A stretch of 15,579 nucleotides of DNA from Trueperaceae bacterium (GTDB lineage Bacteria; Deinococcota; Deinococci; Deinococcales; Trueperaceae): the NCBI GenBank assembly GCA_040905465.1, contig JBBDRK010000065.1, positions 4,103 to 19,681 on the forward strand, written 5' to 3'. Both the position numbers and the translations under genes were made by a program. The notes beneath the pieces are model-generated. The model did not search any database, had not been told where the DNA came from, and saw only the letters and a program-made list of their open reading frames with translations. The number at the start of each line of letters is the position of its first letter. The stretch's first letter is position 1. Below are positions 14,565 to 15,579 of this stretch, one piece after another.

Positions 14565-14573
14565 ATATTATCA
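14565..14573 (-). promoter_or_regulatory. Candidate extended -10 element for the desaturase
   Basis: Minus strand TG-A-TAATAT, 30 nt upstream of the ATG and just upstream of the SD; a rare AT-rich patch. Confidence 0.45.
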
Positions 14574-14654
14574 CGCGGCTTGGATTCGCTCCGTCCAGGC
14601 GTGGTTGACCTACCTCCGGAGACGAACCGGCAATAGCTCCTACACCGCACTAGA

Positions 14655-14683
14655 AGGGGAGGGGTCGGTTCGACCCCTCCCCT
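14655..14683 (-). terminator. Hairpin terminator downstream of the secreted-protein gene
   Basis: Perfect 13-bp stem AGGGGAGGGGTCG / CGACCCCTCCCCT with 3-nt loop, 19 nt after the stop at 14703; short U tail only. Confidence 0.7.
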
Positions 14684-14702
14684 GAACGCGTTTGTTAGTG
14701 TC

Positions 14703-15365
14703 CTACCGGTTCGAGCCGGTTCCCACTCCAACACCGACCGCCACGTCAGCTTCGGCCCCGGCCGATGCGCCGGCGCCGTCCGGATCGCCGTCGGCGTCGT
14801 CCCCCGCACCATCGCGTTCGCGAGCACCGGCGGACGCTTCTCCGCGAGTGCCGGCACGAGCTTCGGCTTTCGCCGACGCTTCGGCGCCGTTCGAGCGACC
14901 CTCTTCGGCGTTCTCTCCCGCCGCCTCGGCGTTCTCTGCGGCGTTCTCCATGCCCTCCCGGGCGACCTCCGGCAGTTCGACATGGCCCGGCACGGCTGCA
15001 CCGAACGCCATGTTGCCGTCAACATTCAGGCGCTCCTCGGTCCGCACAGTCACCTCGCCACCTTGCGACGCGACGGTTTCCCTGATGTCCTCGAGCGTGT
15101 CGGTGAACACCACCGACGAGTCCGAGCCCACCATCACCTCGGCGTTCACTTCGTTGCCCGACTCGTCGACCACGGTCAGTGTGGCAAATCCGGTAAATCC
15201 CGCCAGCAACTGCAACTCGAGGTTGCCGTCGCCGAACTCGCCGGCTCCAACCAGCGAGCCCTCGGCTGATACGAGCACCACGGCACTGCCTTCACTCGGG
15301 AACTCGATGGCCGCCGCCACCCCGATCAGAAGCACACTTATAAGAATCGCAAACAGTCTCTTCAC
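14703..15365 (-). CDS. Secreted acidic hypothetical protein (220 aa) with low-complexity Ala/Gly/Glu C-terminus
   Basis: GTG at 15365 preceded by GGGAGGAG; Sec-type signal MKRLFAILISVLLIGVAAA|IEF; followed by a terminator-like hairpin. No family recognised. Confidence 0.8.
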   Translation of the reverse strand: MKRLFAILISVLLIGVAAAIEFPSEGSAVVLVSAEGSLVGAGEFGDGNLELQLLAGFTGFATLTVVDESGNEVNAEVMVGSDSSVVFTDTLEDIRETVASQGGEVTVRTEERLNVDGNMAFGAAVPGHVELPEVAREGMENAAENAEAAGENAEEGRSNGAEASAKAEARAGTRGEASAGARERDGAGDDADGDPDGAGASAGAEADVAVGVGVGTGSNR

Positions 15366-15530
15366 AAAAATCTCCTCCCATTGCAAGTCGTGTTGGTCGT
15401 TTCTCGACGGCAGCGATACCCTCTCGCCATCACCACCGATCGAGTTCGTAGTGGCTGAAAGCAACGATCGCCTTCTCGCCACCTCCTCAGGGCCGCCCAC
15501 TGCTCGTCGTGCCACGTTCAGCGGCCGCCC

Positions 15531-15560
15531 CGGGCCAACGACCGGCCGGTCGTTGGCCCG
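15531..15560. repeat. Perfect 30-bp palindrome (possible terminator hairpin of a gene outside the window)
   Basis: CGGGCCAACGACCGGCCGGTCGTTGGCCCG equals its own reverse complement. Confidence 0.85.
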
Positions 15561-15579
15561 CGCCCACAAGATACCCAGC

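Noticed and set aside
15366-15569. 68-codon N-terminal extension of the last ORF
   Set aside because: GTG 15365 has a strong SD and begins a clean signal peptide; the upstream part crosses the palindrome and looks non-coding.

Overview
GC-rich bacterial DNA (a Deinococcota/Trueperaceae-like host is my impression from the protein styles, not verified) almost wholly occupied by a molybdenum-cofactor (Moco) island. In order: the 3' end of a xanthine-oxidase-family large subunit, xdhC and a mocA-like cytidylyltransferase with an unexplained ~130-aa C-terminal extension (+); a moeA-moaC-mobA-moaD-moaE-moaA operon (-); a divergent moeB(rhodanese-fused)-modABC operon (+); a polytopic membrane sulfite-oxidase-family enzyme with an internal twin-arginine motif (-); and a MOSC protein (+). 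A front-end-type fatty acid desaturase without cytochrome b5 and an acidic secreted protein of unknown function follow (-). No rRNA, tRNA, CRISPR or mobile element was seen. Most notable: the probable Sec/Tat dual-targeted molybdoenzyme with a His-free membrane domain, two exported proteins (ModA, the sulfite-oxidase-like enzyme) whose expected N-termini lack a canonical start codon, the MocA extension, co-occurrence of MGD and MCD branches without mogA/moaB, a 15-bp tandem repeat in moeA and a perfect 30-bp palindrome. Most components are known families; I cannot establish from sequence alone that a new system is present.
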